From Candidatus Bathyarchaeota archaeon (GTDB taxonomy: Archaea; Thermoproteota; Bathyarchaeia; TCS64), in contig JADHWN010000001.1 in the NCBI GenBank assembly GCA_016783455.1, positions 41,930 to 105,929 of the forward strand: a stretch of DNA of 64,000 nt, read 5' to 3'. The notes under the pieces are model-generated. The model did not search any database, was not told the origin of the DNA, and was given only the letters and a program-made list of their open reading frames with translations. The position numbers were made by a program, and so were the translations under genes. Shown here in pieces: positions 62,893 to 64,000 of the stretch. Position 1 is the first letter of the stretch. Every line of letters begins with the position of its first letter.

Positions 62893-64000
62893 TTGCGAAA
62901 CGTCATTCTCATCATGCTGGACAGCCTGCGGAGGGACCATGTGGGATGCTACGGGAACGACTGGATAAGGACCCCTAACATCGACGACCTGGCGGCTGAG
63001 GGGGTCAGGTTCACCAACGCGTATCCTGAGGCCCTCCCCACTATCCCTGTCAGGCGGGCGATGCACACCGGGTACAGGACCTTCCCCTGCCGGGACTACA
63101 AGCTCTCCAAGGGGGACACCGTCCTCATCCCTGGGTGGCAGCCCATCCCCGAGGAGCAGGTGACCATGGCCGAGGTGTTCCGCCACCATGGCTACGTCAC
63201 GGCTCATATCGCCTCCACCCCTCACATCTTCAAGCCCTCCATGAACTTCCACAGGGGGTACACGGCTTGGGAGTGGATCAGGGGTCAGGAGGCAGACCAC
63301 CTCAGGGTCCCCCTCAAAGGGGAGATAGAGGATACGGCCAACCTCCCGTGCGACCTGGCCTACGGGTGCGTGGGCCACAGCCTCAGGCACTGCCTGGCGA
63401 ACATGCAGGGCTGGGAGACGGAGGAAGACTGGTTCCCTCCCCGGACCTTCGGCGCGGCTACCCGCTGGTTGGAGAGGAACGGCGGGGGCGAGGAGCCCTT
63501 CCTCCTGGTGATAGACGAGTTCGACCCCCACGAGCCCTGGAACGCCCCCAGGGACATCCTGGAGCACTACTTTGATACCGGCTCCTACGAGGGGAGGCGG
63601 GTGATCAACACCACCGGAGGCGCCTACGAGTTCAGGGAGGGGGAGCTGGAGTACACCCTCGCCCAGTACGCCGGAGAGGTGGAGCTCTGCGACAAGTACG
63701 TAGGGCTCCTACTGGACAGGGTGAAGGAGATGGGTCTCTGGGACGAGACCGTCGTCCTCCTGGTCTCCGACCACGGCCACAACATCATGGACCACGGCGT
63801 CATCCACAAGATGCCCGACCACATGTACCCGGAGCTCATGGACCTCGTCTACATAGTCAGGAGCCCCGACGGTGAGGCAGCCGGCTCCGAGTGCGATGCC
63901 TACGCCGCGCACCACGACATCCCAGTGACCCTGATGGGCATGGCCGGCGTTGAGCCCCCCTCTGGCCTAGACGGCCGTAACGTCTGGGCCTACGCGACGG
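62893..64000 (+). CDS. Sulfatase-like hydrolase (alkaline-phosphatase superfamily); 3' end beyond the window.
   Basis: TTG start. MRNVILIMLDSLRRDHVGCYG (metal-binding D-x-x-R-x-D-H). LLVSDHGHN (C-terminal metal site). The formylglycine position reads T-I-P-V-R rather than C/S-x-P-x-R. Confidence 0.7.
   Translation, partial: MRNVILIMLDSLRRDHVGCYGNDWIRTPNIDDLAAEGVRFTNAYPEALPTIPVRRAMHTGYRTFPCRDYKLSKGDTVLIPGWQPIPEEQVTMAEVFRHHGYVTAHIASTPHIFKPSMNFHRGYTAWEWIRGQEADHLRVPLKGEIEDTANLPCDLAYGCVGHSLRHCLANMQGWETEEDWFPPRTFGAATRWLERNGGGEEPFLLVIDEFDPHEPWNAPRDILEHYFDTGSYEGRRVINTTGGAYEFREGELEYTLAQYAGEVELCDKYVGLLLDRVKEMGLWDETVVLLVSDHGHNIMDHGVIHKMPDHMYPELMDLVYIVRSPDGEAAGSECDAYAAHHDIPVTLMGMAGVEPPSGLDGRNVWAYAT

Noticed and set aside
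1-64000. Scan for tRNA genes (GTTCRAATC-type T-arms), rRNA and CRISPR arrays (regularly spaced direct repeats).
   Set aside because: No T-arm or anticodon-arm candidates and no periodic repeats were seen. The only repeats are the dispersed A/C-tract motifs and intragenic paralog similarity.

Overview
Reading the 64 kb window by eye suggests an archaeal chromosome segment of high GC, roughly 60 %. Archaeal markers are a DnaG-type primase, an archaeal-type TyrRS, a herA-nurA operon, an SRP (7S) RNA, oligo-T terminators, TTTAAATA-like TATA boxes and frequent GTG/TTG starts. Coding density is high with mixed gene orientation. Much of the window encodes amino-acid and peptide catabolism: two M14 carboxypeptidase-like proteins, M20 and M24 peptidases, an S58/DmpA-like peptidase, gamma-glutamyltranspeptidase, tryptophanase/tyrosine phenol-lyase, threonine dehydratase, an ACC-deaminase/D-cysteine-desulfhydrase-family enzyme, cysteine synthase, four aminotransferases and GTP-PEPCK. 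This points to a peptide-degrading heterotroph, possibly a Thermoplasmatota-like lineage (inference). Housekeeping genes present are a partial Mre11-like nuclease, herA-nurA, dnaG, a class-I (bacterial-type) GAPDH, tyrS and a candidate SRP RNA. I found no rRNA, tRNA, CRISPR array, integrase or transposase. Four things stand out. (1) A compact accessory cluster at about 3.4-10.3 kb: an MFS transporter, two divergent paralogs of an uncharacterised PP-loop-like ATPase with a QueC-like Cys cluster, a threonine-synthase-like PLP enzyme plus a C-terminal remnant of a second copy, an ATP-grasp ligase and a GNAT. This looks like an undescribed small-molecule or peptide biosynthesis/modification system. 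(2) A roughly 5.9 kb island (29.27-35.17 kb) where the + strand is A+C-rich and depleted in G and T regardless of gene orientation. It is bounded and interrupted by A/C-rich low-complexity spacers that share exact repeat motifs with a fourth spacer at 43.3 kb. (3) An AbiEi/AbiEii-like wHTH-nucleotidyltransferase pair inside that island. (4) Several tandem paralog pairs, a 50-nt gene-conversion tract between two methyltransferase paralogs 17.5 kb apart, and a perfect inverted-repeat operator candidate. Coordinates of internal starts on the minus strand carry about ±1-3 nt uncertainty. Family names given as DUF or TIGR numbers are from memory and should be checked by HMM search.
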